Assembly: GCA_001776775.1 (NCBI GenBank)
Contig: MFDD01000015.1
Span: 7,969-68,022, forward strand
Reading direction: 5' to 3'
Source: Candidatus Daviesbacteria bacterium RIFCSPHIGHO2_02_FULL_43_12
GTDB taxonomy: Bacteria > Patescibacteriota > Microgenomatia > Daviesbacterales > UBA10151
Length of the DNA stretch: 60,054 nucleotides
A program made the translations under genes and the position numbers. Numbering within the stretch: the stretch's first letter is position 1; every line of letters begins with the position of its first letter. This document shows positions 9,228 through 17,373 of the stretch, piece by piece. The notes beneath the pieces were generated by a model. That model saw only the letters and a program-made list of their open reading frames with translations, searched no databases and was not told where the DNA came from.

Positions 9228-9731
9228 TTATTTGGTCTCTCCTTCAGCCGGAGTCTCTGTTGTCGTGTCTTCGTCGACTGCCTCAGCTTCTGCTGCTACA
9301 TCCTCTACTGCTTCTTCTGTGGCAGCGGGTGTTTCTTCAGGTGCTACTTCTTCGGTTGATGCTGGAGTTGTAACTTCGATATTTTCCTCGGAAACTGTTT
9401 TTGCTGTTCCCTCACCTTCTGTTGAGGCTTCTTCTGTCTCAGGAGCGGTGGTGACCTTTTTTTCTTCTTTAACCTTTTTTGGCTTGCGGGGTGGTTTTTG
9501 AGGGGCTTTACCAACTATTCGTAAAAAACCATGACTCATTTGGGCACCCTTTTTAGTCCAATCAGTAATTTTAGTTTGATCCAGAATAATCTCTTTGGGG
9601 TTAGTTAAAGGATTATAGGTTCCCAAAAGGTCAATATAGCTGCCGGTTCTCTTGCTGCGCTCGTCAACAACGACCACTCTATAAAAAGGCCGCTTTTTAG
9701 TTCCTATGCGCATCAGGCGTATCTTCAACAT
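9228..9731 (-). CDS. rpsP: 30S ribosomal protein S16 with an ~85-aa acidic low-complexity C-terminal tail
   Basis: MLKIRLMRIGTKKRPFYRVVVVD... is canonical S16. The tail is rich in E/T/A/P. Confidence 0.95.
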   Translation of the reverse strand: MLKIRLMRIGTKKRPFYRVVVVDERSKRTGSYIDLLGTYNPLTNPKEIILDQTKITDWTKKGAQMSHGFLRIVGKAPQKPPRKPKKVKEEKKVTTAPETEEASTEGEGTAKTVSEENIEVTTPASTEEVAPEETPAATEEAVEDVAAEAEAVDEDTTTETPAEGETK

Positions 9732-9781
9732 AACCTGACAAGTATATGCTACGCCTGGGTTTTTAGCAAGAAGGATATCTC

Positions 9782-10477
9782 TTAAAGGTCGATGGACTCA
9801 AGGGCGTTGGTAGCGGCAGCGTCTTCGGCGATCTGTTTAGAGAGACCGGTACCAGAACCTAACTGGTTATTTTGTAAGAATACTCCGACAGTGAAGCTCC
9901 TCGCATGGTCAGGACCGGTAGTTTTTAGAATCTTATATTGAGGGGATTTCTTATACTTCTCCTGAAGAGTCTCTTGAAGCTGAGATTTTGCGTCTTTTGG
10001 CGGGCCATTTTTAATCTCCTCACTAAAGAGAGGTATTAAATTTTCTTCAATAAATTGATGGGCTTTTTCTAAGCCCTGGTCTAGGTAAATTGCCCCAAGT
10101 ACTGCCTCAAAGGTGTTAGCTAGAAGCTGTACATTTTCCCTGCCTCCAGAAAGTTCTTCTCCCTTGGACATCCTGAGATAAGTTCCCAGCTTGAGCCTAT
10201 TCGCAGCTTTAGCTAAAGATGTAGTTTTTACTAAATAGGATCGTAAATTAGTAAGATCTCCTTCGCTGTCTCCAGGCCTTAACTTAAAAAGGATCTCGGA
10301 GGTGATAAACGAAAGAATTGCGTCTCCTAAAAACTCCATTCTTTCGTTTGATTCGATCTTTTCCGAGGTTTCATTTAAGTAGGATCTATGAGTAAATGCA
10401 GTTTGAAAGTATGGCCTGGCGATTGTTGTAGAATCTAGCAAAATCATACGATTATTCGAGCAATGAATCTTCGACAA
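9782..10477 (-). CDS. rnc: Ribonuclease III (the real start may be the internal Met at 10447)
   Basis: FTHRSY...NERMEFLGDAIL signature plus a C-terminal dsRBD (...AEDAAATNALE). Confidence 0.93.
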   Translation of the reverse strand: MSKIHCSNNRMILLDSTTIARPYFQTAFTHRSYLNETSEKIESNERMEFLGDAILSFITSEILFKLRPGDSEGDLTNLRSYLVKTTSLAKAANRLKLGTYLRMSKGEELSGGRENVQLLANTFEAVLGAIYLDQGLEKAHQFIEENLIPLFSEEIKNGPPKDAKSQLQETLQEKYKKSPQYKILKTTGPDHARSFTVGVFLQNNQLGSGTGLSKQIAEDAAATNALESIDL

Positions 10478-10688
10478 TAGCCACTAAATCCTCAACTGTC
10501 TCGATACCTTCTACCTCGGTCGGGCGGAAAGCAGTCTTGTACTTATTTGCCAAAAAAGCAATTAAATCTGATCTCTCGATTGGGCCAAGCCCAAGATCGT
10601 CAGAAAGTGAAGCCATTGAATCAATATCAGCAGGAGAAACCCCTAAATGTTGAGCAATCTCTTCGATAATTTCAGTTTGTTGTTCCAT
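10452..10688 (-). CDS. Acyl-carrier-protein-like protein lacking the phosphopantetheine-attachment serine
   Basis: Aligns by eye to ACP helix II, but DLGADSLD is replaced by DLGLGPIE. acp-rnc adjacency as in Bacillus. Confidence 0.7.
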   Translation of the reverse strand: MEQQTEIIEEIAQHLGVSPADIDSMASLSDDLGLGPIERSDLIAFLANKYKTAFRPTEVEGIETVEDLVAIVEDSLLE

Positions 10689-10722
10689 CTTAAGGGTTCT
10701 TTGTTCGCTTTTCTACTATAAC

Positions 10723-11088
10723 TCATGTAGTTATATTATTGTCAATTATCAGTTTGCCTAAAACTCCATTAACAAATCCAGGCGAAGAATCTGACCCAAA
10801 AGCTTTAGCAAGCTCTACGGCCTCGTCAATAATTACTTTGACGGGTATCTTTGAGGAGTGGGTTAGCTCAAAAGTGGCCTGGCGAACGATGGCCAAATCT
10901 ATCTTGTTGATTTTGTTAATTGGCCAGGCCGGAGCTGCTTTTTCGATCATGGCATCAATTGAGGGCAAGTTGTCTAAGATTTGTTCAATCTGAGACAGGG
11001 GCTTTTTTTCCTGGTGAAAGTCCCAAGCAAAAAGCTCCTGCATGATCTCGGTCCTTTTGATGTGTCTGGGGTCTTGAGCAGTTTTCAT
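10723..11088 (-). CDS. nusB: Transcription antitermination factor NusB-like
   Basis: Length about 121 aa, ...DLAIVRQATFEL..., ...VIIDEAVELAKAFG...FVNGVLGK NusB signature. Confidence 0.85.
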   Translation of the reverse strand: MKTAQDPRHIKRTEIMQELFAWDFHQEKKPLSQIEQILDNLPSIDAMIEKAAPAWPINKINKIDLAIVRQATFELTHSSKIPVKVIIDEAVELAKAFGSDSSPGFVNGVLGKLIIDNNITT

Positions 11089-11091
11089 GAG

Positions 11092-11172
11092 TAGTTCGAA
11101 TGATCGTTATCTGTTCACTGTTCTCGGTTCACGGATTGAAAATCTATAGACTGTGAACTGTCAACCGTGAAC
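11092..11172. repeat. Heptamer-word hairpin between nusB and rpmF
   Basis: TAGTTCG...TGTTCAC TGTTCTC GGTTCAC at 11112-11132 faces TGTGAAC TGTCAAC CGTGAAC at 11152-11172 (complementary words). Confidence 0.7.
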
Positions 11173-11177
11173 TAATT

Positions 11178-11381
11178 TTAGGCTTTGGTTACTTTGATGG
11201 CTGTTTTTGCTTTTTGCACCAAAGCTCCGCTATAAAAACCACATGAGCGACAGACCATATGTGAAGGTGTCTTGTCGCCACATTTAGCACAAGCGATAAG
11301 TTTTAAAGAGGTGAGCTTAATCGATGCCCTCCTCACTCTTTTGGCTGCTTTAGAATGTCTTTTTTTAGGTTCTTGAGGCAT
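11178..11381 (-). CDS. rpmF: 50S ribosomal protein L32
   Basis: MPQEPKKRHSKAAKRVRRA..., ...CAKCG...CRSCGFY zinc-ribbon pattern of L32. Confidence 0.9.
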   Translation of the reverse strand: MPQEPKKRHSKAAKRVRRASIKLTSLKLIACAKCGDKTPSHMVCRSCGFYSGALVQKAKTAIKVTKA

Positions 11382-11406
11382 ATAAATTTTGGGTTGTTAT
11401 TCACAA

Positions 11407-13551
11407 CTAATCTGGCATTACGCCTGATTGACCTGCTAATTTTCCCTTATAGTATGGGTATTTGTCAAGCTCAGGACTGGCTTTGAGCATTTCTTTGGCC
11501 ACACTCTTGGTTTTTTCTATCAGGGGTACATCTGATAATGAGGCTATTTTTAGATCCCACCGACCGGCTTGTTTAGTTCCAAAAAGCTGCCCTGAACCTC
11601 TGATTTTTAGATCAATTTCGGATAATTTCAGCCCGTCTGAGGAGTTTTCTAAATTTTTGAGTCTTTGGATCACAAAAGGGTCTTCTTGCTCGGTAAATAA
11701 TAAACAAAAAGATTCTTTCCCCCCTCTTCCAATCCGCCCCCTTAATTGATGAAGCTGGGCCAGACCAAACCGCTCAGCTCCCTCGATAACCATGATTGTA
11801 GCATTGGGCACATCCACCCCTACTTCTACAACCGATGTAGAGACCAATAAATCTATTTTACCTGCTTTAAATCTAGTGATGACCTCCTCTTTTTCCTTGG
11901 GCCTAAGCTTACCGTGCAAAAGTCCAAGCCGAAACTGGGGAAATATTTGGGCTTGAAGCTTCTCAAACTCCGCTTTGGCAGCTTTGGCGCTAACCAGAGT
12001 TTCTGATTCCTCGATAAGAGGAGTTACCAGATAGACCTGATCCCCTCCAGCGATTTTTTTAGTCATAAAAGCATACGCGTCAAGTCGTTTATGAGAAGGT
12101 ACATAATGAGTCTTAATAGGCTTTCGCCCTTTGGGTAGCTCCCCTATGACTGAGACATCTAAGTCGCCGTAGATAGTTAATGCCACAGTCCGCGGAATTG
12201 GAGTGGCGGTCATCGTGAGGAAATGAGGGGCTAGATTTTTAAGATTATTATTTTGTTGACGAAGGATGGTGCGCTGTTTGACCCCGAAACGCTGCTGTTC
12301 ATCGATGACCACCAAACCAACATTTTCTTTCAGTAGTTTTTCGGATAATAAAGCATGAGTTCCGACAATAACATTGGGATAGCTATTAGCTATTAGCTCG
12401 CCTCGCTTCGCGGTCGAAGCGGGCTGGGGGTCTCTAGCTTCAGAATCATTTGGACTGTCTTCTTGTTTGACTAATAGCTCCTGGCTAATAACTCCCGACT
12501 TCTGTTTATTGAATTTACTGCTCCCTGTATACAGCCCAACACTCATTCCGAGAGGTTCAAGCAACTTCTTTAAGCTAGAATAATGCTGCATGGCTAGTAT
12601 CTCGGTTGGAGCCATCAGCAGACTTCTTAAGTGATTTCTAAAAGAGAGATAAATAGCAATGGCCGCAACAACTGTTTTTCCTGATCCGACTTCGCCCTGA
12701 ATCAAGCGGTTCATCGCTTGAGGTTTTTGCAGATCTTCAATAATTTCCGCCAAAACTGTTTTCTGTCCGTGGGTTAGCTCAAAAGGCAGGGATGATGTAA
12801 AGGTAGTGAGATCTGACTCATTGATCTTAAAACCCTTGGCGCTTTGTTTTTGCTTCCAGTCAGCACGCCTTTTTTGGGTAGAGAGTTGAATTTCCAGTAG
12901 TTCATCAAAACCCAGACGCGTCTTGGCCAGGTTAATTTCGGTAAATGACCTGGGAAAATGAATAGTCTGCAACGCTTTGCCAAGAGAAAACATCGCTTCT
13001 TTATACTCCAGAGGCAGTGGATCGACCAGAGATCCGAGTACCAGCGGTAGTAATGAATTAATTTTATCTCTCAGCCACTTTGAGTTAACCCCAAATGTTT
13101 CAGGATACACTGGCACCAGCCGACCGGTATGGAGTCCGATGGAGTTTTCGATGATTTTTTCCCAAGTAGGAGAAACCATAGTCAGTTTATTTTGCCGGCG
13201 GTCAACCTTACCGGATACATGTAAAGTATCCCCGGAGAGGATATTTTTAATCAGCCATGCCTGATTAAACCAGACTAACTCAACTGAACCGGATCCATCA
13301 TTTAAAATTGCTCGGGTTAAAGTTTTACCATATCGGCTACTAGAATTTTGGATATTCCAGACCTGACCCTTGATCGTCACCTCTTGATCAATCGGTGCTT
13401 CGGAGATTCTAATGATCTTTGAGTAATCGTCATAGCGAAAGGGAAAGTGGTAGATTAAATCCAAAGCAGTCATGAGTCCTAACTTTTCGAGCCTTTTAGC
13501 AAAACTTGGACCGACCCCTTTTAACCTTGAAAGCGGTATTTGCAAATCCAT
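11407..13551 (-). CDS. recG: ATP-dependent DNA helicase RecG (carries an in-frame repeat insertion)
   Basis: Wedge/OB N-terminus, Walker A GEVGSGKT, DEQQRFG (DEQH-type box), TATPIPRT, ...QLRGRIGRG. Confidence 0.93.
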   Translation of the reverse strand: MDLQIPLSRLKGVGPSFAKRLEKLGLMTALDLIYHFPFRYDDYSKIIRISEAPIDQEVTIKGQVWNIQNSSSRYGKTLTRAILNDGSGSVELVWFNQAWLIKNILSGDTLHVSGKVDRRQNKLTMVSPTWEKIIENSIGLHTGRLVPVYPETFGVNSKWLRDKINSLLPLVLGSLVDPLPLEYKEAMFSLGKALQTIHFPRSFTEINLAKTRLGFDELLEIQLSTQKRRADWKQKQSAKGFKINESDLTTFTSSLPFELTHGQKTVLAEIIEDLQKPQAMNRLIQGEVGSGKTVVAAIAIYLSFRNHLRSLLMAPTEILAMQHYSSLKKLLEPLGMSVGLYTGSSKFNKQKSGVISQELLVKQEDSPNDSEARDPQPASTAKRGELIANSYPNVIVGTHALLSEKLLKENVGLVVIDEQQRFGVKQRTILRQQNNNLKNLAPHFLTMTATPIPRTVALTIYGDLDVSVIGELPKGRKPIKTHYVPSHKRLDAYAFMTKKIAGGDQVYLVTPLIEESETLVSAKAAKAEFEKLQAQIFPQFRLGLLHGKLRPKEKEEVITRFKAGKIDLLVSTSVVEVGVDVPNATIMVIEGAERFGLAQLHQLRGRIGRGGKESFCLLFTEQEDPFVIQRLKNLENSSDGLKLSEIDLKIRGSGQLFGTKQAGRWDLKIASLSDVPLIEKTKSVAKEMLKASPELDKYPYYKGKLAGQSGVMPD
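12381..12493. repeat. In-frame palindromic insertion element, copy 1 (inside recG)
   Basis: Ends are AGCTATT AGCTATT AGCT ... CTAATAGCT CCTGGCTAATA. GC-rich hairpin at 12402-12423. The 32-nt core 12395-12426 is identical to 21898-21929. Confidence 0.8.
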
Positions 13552-13590
13552 TTACCGAGATTATACACTTAAAGGGAGGTTAAAATTTAA

Positions 13591-13689
13591 AAGTTCAAAG
13601 TCAAAAGTAAATGTTGAAGTTGAAAAGTAAGGACCCTTTTGACTTTTGAATTGTATTTTTGACTTTTGAGTTTCGACTTTTAGCTTGCC
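13591..13689. repeat. Heptamer-word palindrome in the recG / 13690 divergent spacer
   Basis: AGTTCAA AGTCAAA AGTAAAT GTTGAAG TTGAAAA... faces ...TTTTGAC TTTTGAA ... TTTGACT TTTGAGT TTCGACT. Centre is near 13632. Confidence 0.65.
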
Positions 13690-14382
13690 ATGATTAATAA
13701 CGGACTTCTTTTAACAGGACTTTTCATAGTTGAGCTAATCTTTCTCTTTTTATTATCCCGGGGCATCACTACTTCTCTTTCGGCTATCTTCTATAAATTA
13801 AGCCATAATCAAATTTTTACTATTAACGCCTTGGCCCTCCTATTCTTACCAGGAACTGTTGTACATGAGCTGTCCCATATTTTTATGGCCGGGATGCTGA
13901 TGGTCCATGTTGGAGAGATGGAATTTATGCCCCAGGTAACCGCTGATGGAGTGAAGCTGGGTAGCGCAGAAATTGGACTGACGGATCCTTTTAGGAGAGC
14001 TTTAATCGGAGTCGCTCCTCTGATCTTTGGTACCTCCTTGATCTTAGCTATTTTGTGGTTTTTTAGTTCCTATCAGAACATCTATCTTCAAGTTTTAACT
14101 TTATTTATGATTTTCCAGATTGGAAATACGATGTTTTCCAGCAAGAAAGATCTCGAAGGTTTACTGGCTTTGTGTTTAACTCTGGGTATTTTTGGACTTT
14201 TGGGCTTTGGGGTAATTTACTTTTTACACCTATCTATCCCTTTTGGATTAATGGCCCAAAAGATCTTTACTCCTGGATATAGCGATTTTTTATTGCGCTG
14301 TGCAAAATATCTGCTTATCCCAATCGGCATAGATTTGGGGATTTTTGCAGTAGCGAGACTACTGCACAGTAAAGTCTCTTAG
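13690..14382 (+). CDS. Polytopic membrane protein with an HExxH motif (putative membrane metalloprotease)
   Basis: VVHELSHIFMAG next to a TM helix, and about 6 predicted hydrophobic segments. Family not identified. Confidence 0.5.
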   Translation: MINNGLLLTGLFIVELIFLFLLSRGITTSLSAIFYKLSHNQIFTINALALLFLPGTVVHELSHIFMAGMLMVHVGEMEFMPQVTADGVKLGSAEIGLTDPFRRALIGVAPLIFGTSLILAILWFFSSYQNIYLQVLTLFMIFQIGNTMFSSKKDLEGLLALCLTLGIFGLLGFGVIYFLHLSIPFGLMAQKIFTPGYSDFLLRCAKYLLIPIGIDLGIFAVARLLHSKVS

Positions 14383-14476
14383 TATATAAAAAGCGGCAGA
14401 ATAGAAGCCGCAATCATGCCTATACCAGCAATAATGGAGAGCGTGACCCAGATCCAGCGATATTTTTTTGTCATGG

Positions 14477-15625
14477 TTATTTAGAGAACTTACTACTTGT
14501 TAAGCTTTCCAGCTCATCTAAAGAAGCTTGTTTAATCGGATCTTCGAAACAAACCCTAACAGGTTTTAGTGTTTCGATTAACCAGTCCGCAACGGACGCC
14601 TTCAGATCCATCGGATGGAGTTTTTTCTTAGCGTAATCTTCTTCTAAATCTTCAAAAACAGAGTAAGCGATATCCCCTCCGAATTTTTCCGGACGGGTCA
14701 CAGAGAAAGTCGAATGCGAAGAATTAAAGATCAGATATTTAGTCCAATTTAAGAGAGGATTATTTTGAGTCACCCCTTCGGGGGCAAAGGCTTGGTTGAT
14801 CTTTTGTTTGATATCCTGCGGACTGTCATGCACAGAGACCGAACTATTAGCCTTGGATTTACTCATTTTGGTTCTCATCGCTACTTCATCTCTTTCCAGC
14901 GACCCATCGTCATGATTAGCAGACTCCTGGAAATCGAGACCAAGCAGAATCGGAGTATGGATGGCAATAGGTTTTAGCTGATTTCCCCGAGCATCTTTGA
15001 GCGGATAGGTTTTGATCTGCATCGCGGCGTCCCTGGCCACCACATGGACTTTTCGTTGGTCTATTCCCGCTTGGGCGATATTGGTTTGGAGCAAAAAAAT
15101 ATCGGCCGCTTGCATGATCGGATACATAATCTTGGCTGTTTCGATAGAGTCTTCAGCTGCTTCTCTGCCCATAATAGTGATTGATCTTTTGGAACGGGCC
15201 AGTGAGGTTGCTTTGGCTGTTTCAATAAAAGTCATCCAAAAATCCGGATGAGAAGCGTATTCCTCGGAGCAGAGTTTAAAAATTAATTTATTCGGATCTC
15301 CGCCGATAGATTCGAAAAGCACTTTCATGGCCGGAATAAAATAATTCTTAGCAACTCTTTTGATAGTTTCCAGGTTTCCCCCGAGTTTGTCATTTACTGC
15401 GGAGTGGTAGTCAGCCAACCAGATAATTGTCTCTGCCCCGGCTGCTTGAAGATCTTTAACCTTCATTAACTGGTAGAAATGGCCAATATGCAACTTTCCG
15501 GAAATTTCAAAACCAATGTAGTGTTTAAGGGGTGTACCGGAGTTAATTAATGAACGAAGCTCCTCTACTGTTAACGTTTCGGCTAAGTTTTTGGTGATCA
15601 AAGAGATTTTTTCATCGGTTGTCAT
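14477..15625 (-). CDS. tyrS: Tyrosyl-tRNA synthetase, archaeal/eukaryotic type (no C-terminal S4-like domain)
   Basis: HIGH box (LHIGH), KMSKS box, and blocks close to M. jannaschii TyrRS as I recall it: IGFE(I/P)SGK(L/I)H(I/L)GH, RPEKFGGD, LHPMDLK. The start is set at the Met matching the archaeal N-terminus; the ORF-track extension to 15766 is unlikely. Confidence 0.88.
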   Translation of the reverse strand: MTTDEKISLITKNLAETLTVEELRSLINSGTPLKHYIGFEISGKLHIGHFYQLMKVKDLQAAGAETIIWLADYHSAVNDKLGGNLETIKRVAKNYFIPAMKVLFESIGGDPNKLIFKLCSEEYASHPDFWMTFIETAKATSLARSKRSITIMGREAAEDSIETAKIMYPIMQAADIFLLQTNIAQAGIDQRKVHVVARDAAMQIKTYPLKDARGNQLKPIAIHTPILLGLDFQESANHDDGSLERDEVAMRTKMSKSKANSSVSVHDSPQDIKQKINQAFAPEGVTQNNPLLNWTKYLIFNSSHSTFSVTRPEKFGGDIAYSVFEDLEEDYAKKKLHPMDLKASVADWLIETLKPVRVCFEDPIKQASLDELESLTSSKFSK

Positions 15626-15747
15626 ACCTTCCGAATATATCATATAAAGAGACCCCCGAACAACGACAGCTTTAAGTTTTGGCGGCTTTGTCAAAGCTGG
15701 ACGAACTATTGACAACGAGCGCCTATCGTAGTAATCATGCAAGAGAT

Positions 15748-17319
15748 ATGAGCCAACTTTCACCAATCGCAGAGATGCTGATAACCGCCACCGATATCAC
15801 GGAGAAAAAAACTTACGCAGAAAATGTCTCTGTCAACCCTGTGGTAGCGGAAGTTGCTTCTTGGTATGAAAAGTTACGTAATGCCATGATTTATAAAGAA
15901 GACGAGGTTATTTTACGAACGGCCATCGAGCGAATCTTAAACAGGCGGCTGCTACTGGGAGGTAACACTGGCGAGGCTGTGGCCCGACCTTTGGTTAGAG
16001 AGCTAGTTTGGGCTCGCTATTTTCCAGACAGTAGCGTACCAGAGACTTTGGTAAAAAAAGTAGAGCTTTCAATTGATCTTCATCTGCATTTACAAAGGCT
16101 GATTCTACACTATCATAATTATAATCCCTCATCTGTTTATGAATGGATCCTCCAACTGCTGTCTTCTGACATTGAGAACATCTTGAGTTTGAAAAAAGAC
16201 CGAGAATTATTATCCAATTTTATGTTTCAGATTTTGAAAAGTAATGTCAGTATTATTGATGACCTTGAAGAAACAAAAGATGCCCAGGTTTTTATTAGTA
16301 TCCGCCGAGCTTTTGCCAAAGAAGATCTGGCTCTGCTGCGCTACCACCTGTTTGTTCAATTTTTTGGTCCCCTTTCAGAAATAAATGTGGAAAAAGTTGC
16401 TCAGGTCTTTGTCAAGTTAGTTAAGAAAATTGACGGACAGATAAAATATACGCTAAAGGAGCGGATTTACTCATACGTCAAAAACCAAAATGCCCCTTTT
16501 TTTATCCTTGAGGATTTGATTAAGCAGTACAGAGGAGAACTTCGGGAGCTGGTTCTGGATAAAGACCGCTTTGAAGCAGCTGTATTAGCAGCCTGTGCAA
16601 ATCGCTATAAAGATATTTTATCCAAGGTATCCAGAGCTATTTTTCGTTCGGTGATCTTTATTTTTATCACCAAAGTTTTTTTTGCCCTGGTTTTGGAAAG
16701 TACTTTTGAGAATTTAATCTTTGGTTCAATATCTTGGTCAGCTATTGCCATCAATACCCTGATGTCTCCCCTACTCATGATAATTGCCTCCTTGTTTATC
16801 CGTACTCCAGACAAGGATAATTCAAAGCGAATATTAGAGATGGTGAATGAACTGATGTTTGAGGCTGACCCGCACTTAACCGAGCCGCTTACTCTTGCGG
16901 TGCGTCCTAAAAATAGCCGGCCCTGGTTGCTGTTTATTTTCGGCTTACTTTGGTTTTTTGCGCTTGTCCTAGGAGTTCTGGGAATCAATACATTTTTAAG
17001 TGTCTTGCATTTTAATGTCTTAAGTAAAATAATCTTTATTTTGTTTTTAATGATTGTATCTTTCCTGTCTTATCGGATTAATCAAACTGCCAGGATGTAT
17101 ACGGTTAAGCAGGACAAAGAGAGCTTTATTTCAGTGCTTTTTGATTTCTTCCTGATGCCTTTTATTTGGATTGGCAAACAACTAACTCTAGGTATGTCTC
17201 AAATAAATATCATGCTTTTTATCTTCGACTTTTTGATCGAAACCCCATTTAAGTCACTGTTTGCCTTTTTTGAACATTGGTTTTTGTACCTTAAAACCCA
17301 GCGGGAAACACTGGACTAG
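15748..17319 (+). CDS. Unknown protein: soluble N-terminal half plus a multi-TM C-terminal half (start ATG 15748 or TTG 15679)
   Basis: Long ORF with several hydrophobic helices after about aa 320. No motif recognised. Confidence 0.5.
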   Translation: MSQLSPIAEMLITATDITEKKTYAENVSVNPVVAEVASWYEKLRNAMIYKEDEVILRTAIERILNRRLLLGGNTGEAVARPLVRELVWARYFPDSSVPETLVKKVELSIDLHLHLQRLILHYHNYNPSSVYEWILQLLSSDIENILSLKKDRELLSNFMFQILKSNVSIIDDLEETKDAQVFISIRRAFAKEDLALLRYHLFVQFFGPLSEINVEKVAQVFVKLVKKIDGQIKYTLKERIYSYVKNQNAPFFILEDLIKQYRGELRELVLDKDRFEAAVLAACANRYKDILSKVSRAIFRSVIFIFITKVFFALVLESTFENLIFGSISWSAIAINTLMSPLLMIIASLFIRTPDKDNSKRILEMVNELMFEADPHLTEPLTLAVRPKNSRPWLLFIFGLLWFFALVLGVLGINTFLSVLHFNVLSKIIFILFLMIVSFLSYRINQTARMYTVKQDKESFISVLFDFFLMPFIWIGKQLTLGMSQINIMLFIFDFLIETPFKSLFAFFEHWFLYLKTQRETLD

Positions 17320-17373
17320 TAACCGATTCACGACTAGCCGATCCGCCAATTAACTGATACAATTCTTCTCGTT

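Noticed and set aside
9223-9501. 92-aa ORF on the + strand (S/A/V-rich).
   Set aside because: It is entirely antisense to the low-complexity acidic tail of rpsP. Its composition mirrors the sense strand and it has no start context, so it is an artefact.
15626-15747. T-box leaders upstream of tyrS and pheS (40163-40201), by analogy with thrS.
   Set aside because: No GGGUGGNACC-type sequence or terminator/antiterminator pair is present, and the pheS spacer is only 39 nt.
15626-15766. N-terminal extensions suggested by the ORF track for tyrS (to 15766), murE (to 23162), atpG (from 24462), glmS (from 56765), gatD (to 53572), the methyltransferase-like gene (to 52638) and csoR (from 46673).
   Set aside because: The extensions overlap neighbouring genes or promoters, use TTG/GTG starts, and are not matched by the conserved N-termini of the families. 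Internal ATGs with an SD or a leaderless-type promoter are preferred.
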